Below the pieces are notes generated by a model. That model did no database searches, was not told where the DNA came from, and saw only the letters and a program-made list of their open reading frames with translations. A stretch of DNA of 64,000 nucleotides from Felis catus (taxonomy: Eukaryota), in NCBI RefSeq assembly GCF_018350175.1, contig NC_058368.1, positions 104,038,001 to 104,102,000 of the forward strand, in the 5' to 3' direction. The position numbers and the translations under genes were made by a program. Below, piece by piece: positions 1 to 11,520 of the stretch (positions are counted from its first letter, which is position 1; every line of letters starts with the position of its first letter).

Positions 1-186
1 TCCCAAAAATAAATAAACGTTGAAAAAAAAAAAAAAGAAAAGAAAACTGAAGCCAAGAGTGGTGGGGCTGTTAGCCCAATGTCACCTACTTCCTGAGTGT
101 CAGAGCCAGACTCTGCAAGTAGGTCTAATGCAGAACCCATAGTGTTAACTACTTTGGAATACATGCTTTCTTGGAAAGCGTATCGA

Positions 187-413
187 GGGGCGCCTGGGTG
201 GCTCAGTCGGTTAAGCGTCCGACTTTGGCTTAGGTCATGATTTCGCAGTTTGTGAGTTCAAGCCCCACATCGGACTCTGTGCTGACAGCCCTGAGCCCGG
301 GGCCTGCTTTGGATTCTATGTCTGCCCCTATCCCTGCCCCTCCCTGCTCATGATCTGTGTCTCTCTGTCTCTCAATAATAAGAAAACATTAAAAAAAAAG
401 AAATTAAAAAAAA
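187..413 (+). mobile_element. CanSINE (SINEC_Fc-type)
   Basis: ggggcgcctgggtggctcagtcggttaagcg head, CT tract, A tail; TSD aaagc(g/a)tatcgag. Confidence 0.95.
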
Positions 414-1142
414 GCATATCGAGTGCTCTCTTTGATGAGTGAAAGGGATAATCACAGACTTCTGAAAAGGGGATGTGAAAAGATTTTGTGGCTCTAATAG
501 GTGGAGAAAGAGGGAGTTTTAGTATTTTCTTCAATGTACCGCTTAGTAAAATTACTTTTCCTTATGTCATTTGTCTCCAAATTACTTGTCTAATCTGATT
601 TCACTTCTTTCCCATCGCTTGTGTGTAAGCATCCACTAGAAAAATCTCCATATTTGTACAAGGAAGAATCTGGAAGTGGCTTGAAAAAGAACGAGCCTGT
701 GAGAGCCTCTGGGAAATTTTTAGTGGAAATCTAGGTCAGAACAGAGAAAGCAGACCCTTGGGAATTGTTAAATACCTTAAAAGAAAAGGGGTAGGCAGAG
801 GGGAACAAGTTTTAAAGAGGATCTGGCAAATATCACTAGCCTTTTTTTTTCTTAGTGTCCAGGTCTTGCCTGCCTGTTGGGGACATCAGTGTCAGGGTAT
901 TGGAGCCTTCATACCATTTAGCATTTCTTTATTACTTAAAGGGGGCTTGAAGGTTTTGTTGCGGTTGTGGGGGAGTAGATTTTGTTCATTCCAGGAACAG
1001 AATAAAAACCGATAGAGGTGAATGAGATTGTAGACCAGGGGAAAAGAGAAGAAAACATGTATGCAGATAAAGTTCTGCACTCTGAACTCTGACTTGTGGT
1101 CAGGCAGTATCTGTTCCGTAATCACTCTGTTTTGTTTTGCAG

Positions 1143-1214
1143 TACATATTTGTCTCCTTACTCTCCAGAGATTCCACTTACAAACTACTAAAATCTGTGT
1201 GTGGACACTTAGAA
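1143..1214 (+). CDS. GRAMD2B: GRAMD2B (GRAMD3) internal exon, C-terminal end of the GRAM domain (YIFVSLLSRDSTYKLLKSVCGHLE); gene starts upstream of the window
   Basis: tttgttttgcag acceptor, gtgagt donor, 72 nt, phase 0-0; peptide matches recalled mammalian GRAMD2B. Confidence 0.95.
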
Positions 1215-1313
1215 GTGAGTACAACATCCCCGAGCCTCACCTGCTGTCTCTCTTCTGGATTTCCCGTGGTTTTGTAGTTGATGTGGTTTTCCTTTTTGTT
1301 TCACTAATTTCAG

Positions 1314-1394
1314 AATACAAGTGTTGGGAACAGTCCCAACCCGTCTTCTCTTGAGAACAGTTTCCGAGCAGACCGCCCTTCATCTCTGCCTCTG
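1314..1394 (+). CDS. GRAMD2B: GRAMD2B exon (NTSVGNSPNPSSLENSFRADRPSSLPL)
   Basis: ctaatttcag acceptor after a 99 nt intron, gtgagt donor, 81 nt, in frame with neighbours. Confidence 0.95.
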
Positions 1395-1611
1395 GTGAGT
1401 TGCCTACCTAACTAGCTCAGTGCGAAAGAAAGGGGATGATGCGTCCCACAGTTACACTTCTCCTGACACCATGACCAGGGGACCTTAATATCTGAGGTAA
1501 AATTGAAGACACAGGGTGTTTCTGTCCTCAAGAACGGGGCGGGGCATAGAAGGCCATCAACTTTTTCCAAGTAATCGAAGAGCTGTCCTACCAAAGAAAA
1601 GAAGCAATATA

Positions 1612-1850
1612 GGGGCCCCTGCGGGTGGCTCAGTCGGTTAAGCATCCAACTTGGGCTCAGGTCATGATCTCACGGTGTGTGAGTTCGAGCCCCACGGGGG
1701 GCTCTGTGCTGACAGCTCAGAGCCTGGAGCCTCCTTCGGATTCTGTGTCTCCCTTCTCTCTCTCTCTCTCTCTCTCTGTCCCTCCCACATTTGTGCTCTG
1801 TCTCTCTCTCTCTCTCTGTCAAAAATAAAGTATAAAAAAAATTTTTTTTA
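1612..1850 (+). mobile_element. CanSINE
   Basis: A/B-box head, (CT)n, aataaa and tail. Confidence 0.95.
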
Positions 1851-2409
1851 AGAAACAGGATAATGGCTGTCTGGGCAAGTGGGTGGTCCGTGGAGGTGAT
1901 CCTAAAATCTTGCTCCTTTTGCTTGTCAGTGTTGTTTTAGAGGGATTCACCAATGGTTGGGGGAGGGGCATGGTCCATCCCCACAAATCACTGATTGTCT
2001 TCTCTGTTCAAGGCACTGTGCTAGTGTAAGGCTATAAGGACACCAAGAAAACCCAAAACTAGTTCTTGCCTTCCAAGACTTTCTAGCTTAGGAGAAAAGA
2101 TGAGGAACATCCAGAAATAATTATAAAAGAAGCACTCTATAGTGACCAAGTGAAAGAGATTTTTTGATTCCTTCAGATTCCGTTGACAGTACAGTAAATC
2201 TCCAGTGCAAAGTAGCTCTCCCCCATTTGTACACGTTTTCTACCTATGGTGGCATCATGTTGGCTCAAGCGAGTTTTAGCCGTATTTATTCAAGTCATTA
2301 TTCCCAAACAAATCACTGTTACATGTTGAAATACCTTGGTGTAATGGTATGAGCCCATGGTTTTAACATCTACAAATCTTTTTTTTAAGAGCTGTGAAAA
2401 AGTACAGGG

Positions 2410-2910
2410 ATTGCAAACCTGTCCACATAAAAAGTTGTATAACAATGTCCACAGCTGCTTTGTTCATAATAGCCAAAAAACAGAAACAATCCTGACGTCC
2501 ATCATCTTCTGAATGCATAAGTCAAATGTCATATGTCCATACAACAGAATACTATTTGACCCTGAGAAGGAAGGAGAACTGATAGATACAACATGGAGGA
2601 ACTTCGAAAACATGATGCTAAGTCAAAGAAGCCAGACACAAAAGGCCACATACTAGATGATTCCATTTACATGACAAATTGATAGGGAGAGAAAGTGGAT
2701 TAGTGGTTGCCAAGGGATGGGGGAAGACAGAGAAATTAGGGTGACTGCTAATAGGTAAAGGGTTTCACTTTGGGGGTGATGGAAATGTTCTGAAATAAGA
2801 CAGAGGTGATGGCGGCATGACATTGTGATTGTGCTAAACACCACTAAATTGTATGCTTTCAATGATGTCTTTTGTATTACATGAATTTTTATCTCAGTTT
2901 AAAAAAAAAA
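2410..2910 (+). mobile_element. Old L1 (L1MB/ME-type) 3' end
   Basis: ttcataatagccaaaa, atgctaagtcaaagaagccagacacaaaaggccaca, ggggtgatggaaatgttct motifs and A tail. Confidence 0.8.
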
Positions 2911-2969
2911 AACACACCTTGAAAGAAAGTAGGGGAGAGCAAGACAAAAAAAAATGAAACACAATATGA

Positions 2970-3170
2970 TTTGGAACCAACAAACTTGGTTTCAAATCTG
3001 GGCTCCACCCAGCTGAGTTATGCCATCAGACAAGCTCTTGAACTGCTGTGGCTCAGTTTCTTCATCCAGTAAAATGCCAACCTCACGATGTGGCTGTGCA
3101 GATTGAGTGCAGTCGTCTACGCAAGGAGCTGTGCCTACTGTCTGATAGATGATAGCCATTCAATTACTAA
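2970..3170 (+). mobile_element. MIR relic
   Basis: ggtttcaaatctgggctccac..ctcagtttcttcatccagtaaaatg core. Confidence 0.7.
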
Positions 3171-4037
3171 TTGTTACACCCAAGAGACTTGAATTTTTCA
3201 ACTTTCTGCCTCCTATAAATTCGTGCCTGAAATGGAAATGAGTTATTGAAACGATCAACAGATAGCTAGTATCAGCTGAACGCGTGGTCATTTGCTTACC
3301 AGATAAGTCTCTTCGTTTGGCAGCGACCTAAATCGTGAAAAGCTCAGCCTAACAGGACCTTCCCCAGGACATTTTAATGACACCTGTTGTGACTCCAGTT
3401 CTTAAGCACTTGTGGGGGGAAATGAAATACAAACTAAAACATCCCTGCTTTTTCCCTCCTCCTTACCCCTCCATCATTCCTCTGGAATTCAAAAGTAATA
3501 GCACTGACTGGGTTTTAAGGGAGTCAGAGAGGGAAGAAAAATAGCCAACACTTTCCTTTCAGTGTGTAACTTGTTAAAGCCCTTTTCCATTTTGTTTTCC
3601 ATACCTTTTTTAAACTGGGTTTTAACGAGTACCTTTGCATTTAACACATGTATTTTAGAAAACTTGACATCTTATTTTTTCTCGTATATATGTCCATGTC
3701 AATCAGTTTTTCTCATTACAACATCCTAAAGAGACTTCTCCAGTTTTATCCTGGAAGCTTTTCAATCATTAGTTCAGCTCTTTTTTTTTTTCCCCCTAGA
3801 CATTTGTTGTTTGAAACAAGTTGGCCACTGTTGGCAGGATTCTAACTCCCCAGAAAAAATGTGTTTCAGTAACCAGATCCTCTGCCCTGTTGGGGGAAAT
3901 CCCAGTGGTACGGGGTAATCTTCCCTTCTTTTCAGTATTTTATAGGTTAGGCCTAAGTGGAAAGGCCTGGGGGTTCCAGAGGCCTGCCTGTGTAATGAGG
4001 GGAATTGGATTTTGTACACTGCCTTGTTTCCCTTCAG

Positions 4038-4149
4038 GATTTCAACGATGAATTCTCAGATCTGGATGGAGTAGTTCGACAAAGAAGGCAAGACATGGAA
4101 GGATACAGCAGTTCTGGTTCCCAGACTCCTGAATCCGAGAACTCTCGAG
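4038..4149 (+). CDS. GRAMD2B: GRAMD2B exon (DFNDEFSDLDGVVRQRRQDMEGYSSSGSQTPESENSR)
   Basis: tttcccttcag acceptor, gtccga donor, 112 nt, phase 0-1; near-identical to recalled human peptide. Confidence 0.95.
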
Positions 4150-4286
4150 GTCCGAGAAATTTCTAAAATGTCATGCTCCACAAAACGTCCTCATGTCACC
4201 CCTTAAAAACAAAGACAAAACCAACAGAAATCAATACCTTGTCAATTAATCCGCAATTAAGAAGGGACTAATTAACAATGGAGAAA

Positions 4287-4801
4287 GGTGTGCCTGGGTG
4301 GCTCAGTCAGTTAAGTGACCAACTCTTGATTTAGGCCCAGGTCATGATCTCATGGTTCATGGGTTTGAGCCCTACATCAGGCTCTGAGCTATCAGGGCGG
4401 AGCCCGCTTCGGATTCTCTCCCTCTCTGCCCTTCCTCTCAAAAATAAATAAACTTTTAGAAAAAAAAAAAAAAATTGACAAGGGACTTTGGAGAAAGGGT
4501 AGTCTGAAAGTTTTAGGGGAAAAGAATGGTCTACATGATAAAAATCCATTTCTCTTTATACACAATAAATGTCTCTTTTTTTAATTTTTTTTTTTTTTTT
4601 TGCTTTTTTTAATTTATTTTTGAGACAGAAACAGAGCATGAGCAGGGGACGGGCAGAGAGAGGAGGAGACACAGAATCTGAAGCAGGCTCCAGGCTCTGA
4701 GCTGTCAGCACAGAGCCCGACATGGGGCTCAAACTCAGAGTGTGGGAGCATTACCTGAGCTGAAGTCGGACGCTCAACCCACTGAGCCACCCAGGCACCC
4801 C
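4287..4801. mobile_element. Two CanSINEs in inverted orientation (+ 4287-4474, - 4576-4801)
   Basis: SINE heads and tails; second has TSD caataaat(g/a)tctctt. Confidence 0.95.
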
Positions 4802-5129
4802 AATAAATATCTCTTAAATCGACATAATGTGAGGGTGGTTGAAAGAGAAAAACATAGAATGTTTTCTTCTTATCTCAGTAATACTATTCACTGTTAGAGC
4901 TGAATGGTCCCCATGAGTCACTGGGCTAAGGACAGACTGTCTTTATATCATTTTCTTACTTGCTTAAGTATTGGATTTCAATACCTAACCACTGAACCAA
5001 CTTGTGAGAAGATCATTTTATATTCTTGGCCATTCCACATGTTGTGAGACTGATTTGCTTTGTGGTTGCTCCTGTGTTTTTTAAATGCATTGGGAAGAAA
5101 ACTCAGCCAGCTCCATTTTGGTTTGATAG

Positions 5130-5252
5130 ATTTCCATGTGACAGAATCCCAGACAGTTCTGAATGTCTCCAAGGGAGAAACAAAACCAACTCGGGCAGAT
5201 GCCCATGTGAATAGAGTGCCTGAAGGAAAAGCCAAGAGTCTCCCTTCACATG
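5130..5252 (+). CDS. GRAMD2B: GRAMD2B exon ((D)FHVTESQTVLNVSKGETKPTRADAHVNRVPEGKAKSLPSH(G))
   Basis: ttttggtttgatag acceptor, gtaagg donor, 123 nt, phase 1-1; contained in track ORF 5060..5305. Confidence 0.95.
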
Positions 5253-5306
5253 GTAAGGAATCAATGTCTTGGGTAAATGGGATAGTGACAGACATCAGCC
5301 TGTAAC

Positions 5307-5531
5307 TTTTTTTTTTAATTTTTTTTTTCAACGTTTATTTATTTTTGGGACAGAGAGAGACAGAGCATGAACGGGGGAGGGGCAGAGAGAGGGGGAGACA
5401 CAGAATCGGAAACAGGCTCCAGGCTCCGAGCCATCAGCCCAGAGCCTGACGCGGGGCTCGAGCTCACGGACCGCGAGATCATGACCTGGCTGAAGTCGGA
5501 CGCTTAACCGACTGCGCCACCCAGGCGCCCC
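5307..5531 (-). mobile_element. Young SINEC_Fc-type element
   Basis: CpGs intact, TSD gcctgtaacttt. Confidence 0.95.
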
Positions 5532-5971
5532 ATGCCTGTAACTTTTAAAGGGCCCTCATATTTCACTTTATGACTGCCTCTCATATTCCCTCCTCCCCTT
5601 CCTACTGAACATCTATTTCCTTTGCATATTAATTCATTTATTCATTCAACAAACAGTACCCAGTTCTGTGTCTTACTATGGAGGATACAAAGGTAAATGG
5701 CCTTCATGGAGGCCCCTTTGTTATTGTGAATACTTTGAGATTATGATTCCAAAATGGCTGGTAAAACTCAAATTACTGGATTATTTTTTATTTACTAATT
5801 ATTCTCCTAACTGGTTACCAATTATACTGGTGTGAGGGCAAGGACGGTGTCTGTTTTGTTTACCATTCACTCCAATGCAGTGCTTGACAGAGAGAAGGCT
5901 CTCAGTAAGTATATACTGGATGAAACGAGTTGGATGGAGTTAGAACTACTGGTTTAAAAGACACCTGGAAA

Positions 5972-6205
5972 GGGGCCCCTGGGTGGCTCAGTCGGTTAAG
6001 CATTCGACTCTGGCTCAGGTCATGATCTCACGGTTGGTGAGTTCGAGCCCCACATCCGGCTCTGTGTTGTCAGCATGGAACCTAATTGGGATCCTCTGTC
6101 CCCACTCTCTCTCTCTCTGCCCCTCCCCCACTCGTGTCGGTCTGTCTCTCTCTTTCTCTCAAAAATAAGCATTTAAAAAAATAAAAATTAAAAAAAAATT
6201 AAAAA
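5972..6205 (+). mobile_element. CanSINE
   Basis: TSD aaaaga(c/t)acctggaa. Confidence 0.95.
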
Positions 6206-6358
6206 GATACCTGGAAGGCTTTACTTCATGTTTTCTCCTATTTCTGTTACCCAGGAATAATTATCTCTTTCAACTATCCCTTCCCCATAGGGATTTTGCT
6301 GGACGAAGGAGGTGTGTTGTAGTTTTAAAACTGTTCCTTTTTTTTTTCTTCCCAACAG

Positions 6359-6446
6359 GTCAGTCAGAAACCATTGGAATCTTACACAAAGTAAAGCCTC
6401 AGACATGTACGACTCTCCACCATATTCTTATTTTTTACGCAATCGT
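6359..6446 (+). CDS. GRAMD2B: GRAMD2B exon ((G)QSETIGILHKVKPQTCTTLHHILIFYAI(V)), start of the transmembrane helix
   Basis: long polypyrimidine tract + caacag acceptor, gtaagt donor, 88 nt, phase 1-2. Confidence 0.95.
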
Positions 6447-6648
6447 GTAAGTAGATGAATTGATTAGGAATGACTTTAGAAAATGATTCCGCTCTCTACA
6501 AAAAATAATTTCATGGTTGCAAGAACCTTTATACATCTCAGTTGTCTCTAATGTGATCCAGAGCTTTTCTTTGATAATTTTTGTGTCTTCTTCCAACATT
6601 TTTCCCCCCTTAGGCGTAGGTTACATTTTCATATTCATCTCCTTATTT

Positions 6649-6873
6649 ATTTTTTTTTTTAATTTTTTTTTTTTCAACATTTATTTTTGGGACAGAGAGA
6701 GACAGAGCATGAACGGGGGAGGGGCAGAGAGAGAGGGAGACACAGAATCGGAAACAGGCTCCAGGCTCTGAGCCATCAGCCCAGAGCCTGACGCGGGGCT
6801 CGAACTCCCGGACCGCGAGATCGTGACCTGGCTGAAGTCGGACGCTTAACCGACTGCGCCACCCAGGTGCCCC
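6649..6873 (-). mobile_element. Young SINEC_Fc-type element
   Basis: Perfect 14 bp TSD tcatctccttattt (6635-6648 / 6874-6887), CpGs intact. Confidence 0.95.
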
Positions 6874-7598
6874 TCATCTCCTTATTTAAATAAATAGAAG
6901 GGAGGAAGGAAAACCAAAATGTGCCAGTTCCAGCAGAGAACTAAGTTCTGAGTGGATGCCATTAGTTAGAAAATTGTTCTGTGAATTTTGAAGCATCGTT
7001 GGCCTTAGTGTTTATTTTCCCATCTATCCCATGTCCTCTGGATAGAAGCCAAAACAGCTTTAAAATACCATCATCCCCTTCAACGAAAACTCAGGCATTG
7101 ACTTTTAAAAATTCCCCCTCAGCTTCCAGTTTGTAATCAGTTGTTTTTCTGAAAATAGCCTGACCTAGTTCTAGGCTGTTCCTGACAATCAAGGAGGATG
7201 TGCCCAGTTTGGTTTCCAGATAAAGAAGGGAATTTATGAGTCACCAGATAACAAGACTAGGCACTCATTGCCAGGCCCTTCTGGTGAGGGCCACAGCACT
7301 GGGAGTAGGACCATGGGCTTGGTAATCCACCTTGGGCATGGCCTTGAGAGATCCTAGTAGGATGGCCATTGTTTGTCAATTGAGGAAGCTGGGCCAGGGA
7401 ATTTTAAATCTCTTTCTAGCTCTCAAGTTTTCTGACCAGCATCAGCCTGTTGGAAAAAAGACCTTTTTCAAGTCTCTTTGGCAAGTTCATTTTGGAGAAT
7501 ATCTTGCCTCAAATGTCCAACACTGGCTCTGAGTTTTGATTGTTTTATGGACAGCAGTTCATTAACCTATTGAGAATTTCTCTTTTATCCCTTTCCAG

Positions 7599-7703
7599 TG
7601 TCTGTGCACTAATCATCTCGACCTTCTACATGAGATACAGAATTAATACTCTGGAGGAGAGGCTGGGGTCACTAACCTCCACTGTGGACATTCATCATAA
7701 TGA
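7599..7703 (+). CDS. GRAMD2B: GRAMD2B exon ((V)VCALIISTFYMRYRINTLEERLGSLTSTVDIHHN(E)), rest of the TM helix
   Basis: ccctttccag acceptor, gtaaga donor, 105 nt, phase 2-2. Confidence 0.95.
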
Positions 7704-8190
7704 GTAAGACAATTCCCTCTGGTGCTATCATCTGCTTGCTCTTGAGACTAGCATAATGTTTGACTGGCGTTTACCATCCTTAGCAAACACAAATTAAGTC
7801 TACATTCTGTATGCGACATTTTCTGAAATGCGTATGTGGGAAGCAAAGACGTAGGTGGGAGGGTCCCCAAAATGAATGCTGTGCCTCTGAACCATTCTTA
7901 GGTTGATAAGGCAAGAAACAAGCCTGATTTTACATTATCTTGTTCTATTATCCTAAGACTCACTTGTGACCTTGGCCTGTTGATTAACCTATACCAGCAA
8001 AACTTACCTTAGTAAAATGGCAGTGGGTGAAGACATTGATAGGAAAGAAGCAACTCAAGTACCTCAGCTCACTTTTCATGTATTAATTCTTTATATGAAC
8101 TCCTATAGTTACGAAACTTTTGACCACTATGAAGATCCATGTGACTAGTAATTAGCCGAATGCATCTGTGAAGATTTTCCTTCACAGTGT

Positions 8191-8720
8191 GTTTTTTGGG
8201 GTTTTTGTTTTGTTTTTTTGACTGGACTAACTGGCCTTATTGGGGAAAGCCAGGACTACAGTGGACTTAGGAACACTGGCATTGGGGCCCTTCTTCTTGC
8301 CAAAGGTGGGCACAACGTTGACAAAGTGCCTGTTGTATACTGCATTCACCGCTTGGCTTGGCCTGTCCTCTTTTTCTCCTCTTTGGCCAACCTGGGAGTG
8401 TGCCCTCTTACTTTCCCACATGGGTCCGGGAACCATGGACTTTATCTCCAAGCATGTGGCCAGCTACTTCCAAGGTGGTCGGAGCCTCTTCTCCATACTG
8501 ACCCAGGGTACCTCATCCTCTAGGGGCGTGCCTGCCAGGGGCACAACTTGATCTTCTGGAGCGATGCCCTCTAGCCAGCCTACGTGAGGCTTGATTTGGG
8601 CGACTGTCTCCTAGCCCTCACCTCAAGGGGGGTGTAGCTCCTGGGCATGGACAAAGAGGTGCGTGTCAGTGACTCAACCACAGCCATCGAAGCCACTACC
8701 ATGAAGACGGTATCCCCATC
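8191..8720 (-). pseudogene. FAU: FAU (FUBI-RPS30 fusion) processed pseudogene, antisense within a GRAMD2B intron
   Basis: Intronless; start ATG>ACG at 8664-8662; FUBI remnants ([23 protein letters not shown]) and eS30 remnants (KVHGS, YNRHFVNVVPTFGKKKGPNA); several frameshifts; decayed AATAAG and A-rich tail at 8191-8219. Confidence 0.93.
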
Positions 8721-9054
8721 AGTCATTTTTAACAGGCCTGACCTAATTAAACCTATTAAGGCCTAGAGCTCTTTCCTTTACATCCATTCATGTAAGGATT
8801 TTGATGCATTACCTAAAAAAGTAAAATAAACTACTCTGTATTAGAAAGCATACTTTTAGCCCAAGTTCTGGAAGTAGAGATACTCGTTTACAGAGTTTGT
8901 ACCATGCGCTAGTACTGTGTCTTACAGTTTGTTTTACAGTTTGTAGTAAAATCACGATTCAAATGCAAGTCTGTATGACTACACAGAGGATAGAGTTTCC
9001 AGCCCACCGATGGCTTGGTTGTGAGGTACGGCGTAGGACCTGGGTCAGGCTATT

Positions 9055-9222
9055 TTGACTGTGCTTCAGAATCATCTGGATGGCTTGTTACAACAGATGT
9101 CAGGGCCCATCTCCAGAGTTTCTGAGGCACTAGATAGGAGAGCCTGAGAACTTCCATTTCTGTCAATTCCCAGCTGATGCTGATGGTGCCAGCCTGGGTC
9201 TATAATTGGAGGACTATTATGC
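9055..9222. mobile_element. MER5A-like hAT DNA transposon relic
   Basis: cagaatcatctggatggcttgtt..gggcccatctccagagtttctga..tcccagctgatgctgatg. Confidence 0.75.
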
Positions 9223-9319
9223 TGTACCATTCTGGGTACAAACAACTTTGTGCTCAAACAACTACCTAAAGTCTGAGTAGTAGTTGACACAGACGCTGGC
9301 GTATAGATTCTTTTGGACA

Positions 9320-9335
9320 TGTGTGTATGTATGTA

Positions 9336-9401
<66 letters not shown>

Positions 9402-9565
9402 TATATATGTGTATATATATATACGTATTGTATATATGTGTGTATATATATATATTCTTTAGATTCTGCATAACTGGTTATATATATACTTAAACAGGTA
9501 ATGCAGAACCTAAAGAATAAAAAATATATATATATAAATATATATATATAAATATATATATATAA

Positions 9566-9617
<52 letters not shown>

Positions 9618-9645
9618 AAACCAGTAATGCAGAACCTAAAGAATA
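9320..9645. repeat. Compound (TG)n/(TA)n/(CA)n microsatellite with three embedded copies of a 27 bp motif
   Basis: Directly visible. Confidence 0.95.
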
Positions 9646-11183
9646 GTCTGGAATAGTGCATACCCTTACTCAAATTGTTAACATACTTAGTCTGCAAAAA
9701 TCTAGTGTTACTTCCTAGTTCACTATCATATACAAGGTTGTTTTTTTTGTTTGTTTTTTTAGGAAAGTGTTACCTCATGTCCTACTATCATTTCACTAAC
9801 TTGGTGATGATGAGGGGGAAATGCCACTAACAAGGGCAAATGGAATATTTCATTCCACTATTTAAATAATCAACTCAGGAAGAAGTACAATCTGAAAAAT
9901 AATCACTTACAGGAAAAATCACAATGATTATTTATGACATGAGACCAGGAATACCCATGACGGGAAAAATTTGTTCATAAAGTACTTTTACAGGACCTGA
10001 GCTTCCCCCGTATCTTTCTTACCCAAGGTGTTCCAGCCACGCTGCCCGATAGCTAAATCCCTATTTGTACTTGTTTAGTTGAACCATTCCTTTTACCAGC
10101 TTCACTAGTATATTAATAGCCTGTACACTGTCAGAATTTCATGTTGATGGGTCAGTCTTCTGGATCGCAGTTCCCTCATCTAAACACTGAAACATTCCAA
10201 TTCAGCCTCCTTTTTTGAGATATAAGATTTTGATGGTAGGGATCAAGGGTAAAGAAAAAACTGTTTTAGTACTAGTAAACAGAAAAACATCTGATGGCTC
10301 TGTTAATATTTACATGATCATAATTTACCAAGTAAATCACCATCTGAAATTTACCATGTGAAAAACTGATCCTGTGTAAAATAGACCCATCATTGCCATC
10401 TAAAAACCTAATATCTAAAAATAAATTACAGTCAAGCAACACAGAGAAGTTCTAGACCCCTGTTCTAAACCTTAATGTAAAAATCCAATAAACGCCTTCA
10501 GAGCATAATGTACATACATCTCCAGGATAATGTACATATCTCTTAATTTCCTACAGTTTTAGCTGGTAGATGACCCCAGTGGACCCTGGGGAAGAGAAGA
10601 GCCCATGCCATAAACGGTTCAAATGGTAAACACTGACTCCATCTGTTACAAGACCACAGAGGTTACATTGGCACGGCAAGTCTCAATAACAGAATTGCTA
10701 AAGTCTCACGCTTCAAAAGCAATCAATTTGATTAAGGACATTCCTAAACATTCTGCAAGTTCTAGTGTAAATGGCTCCTCCTCCCGTAAAAAAAAAAAAA
10801 AAAAGCCTGTGACTGAGGAGAGCAATAATTCTTGCAAATTTCTGCAGTAGTGGGGATGGAGAGGACATTAGAGGTTAACAAAAGAGGTCTTAGAAGCCAT
10901 GTGCTTGAGCAGAATTGCCTGATTTTTGTCTGGAAGCCAAGGCACAACACAGCCACCTCAACAAAAACAGCTTAAGAGACTTCCAGCTGAGCTTTTAAGA
11001 TACAGTCCCCTCAACACCCAGTCTGGACTTAACATCAGAAAGGCCCTGCAGTAATCTTCACAAGTTAAAGGCTCACTGTCTACTACTGTAACCTGATTTT
11101 CTGTTCAAATAAATTTGTGTTCACTCCACTTCTTCCCTTGCCACCCCCGCCTGCCCACAGCGTTTTTCTTTTTGTTCTTACAG

Positions 11184-11277
11184 ACAGACAGCACCATCCG
11201 GCCTGGGGTCACAAGTCCAATTAAACGTGGAGGTCCTCTGCCAAGAGCTTACAGCTAACATAATGAAATTAGAAAAG
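11184..11277 (+). CDS. GRAMD2B: GRAMD2B exon ((E)QTAPSGLGSQVQLNVEVLCQELTANIMKLEK)
   Basis: tttttgttcttacag acceptor, gtgact donor, 94 nt, phase 2-0. Confidence 0.95.
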
Positions 11278-11520
11278 GTGACTCATTTATTTCCTGTGTT
11301 GGGGTGGTAGCGGTGGTGACTGTTGATGGCCACAGAGCAGGGGCGACACGCTTAAAACACTTCCGGGGTGCAGCAAGCAGCCTAAATGGCCAAACCCAGC
11401 CAGGGGACTGCACGGTAAATGTGAAAGAATATTTTTTATTTCCACAAAGACCTAGGTCTCAATCTCATTTTCCCTGTTGGTCTATCTTTTGCTTTTCCTC
11501 CCTAGAAATATTTCATCCTA

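Noticed and set aside
187..270. tRNA-like A/B boxes here and in dozens of other places
   Set aside because: Heads of tRNA-derived CanSINEs, each followed by SINE body and tail; not tRNA genes
9072..9697. ORFs rich in YI/TH dipeptides
   Set aside because: Microsatellite translations
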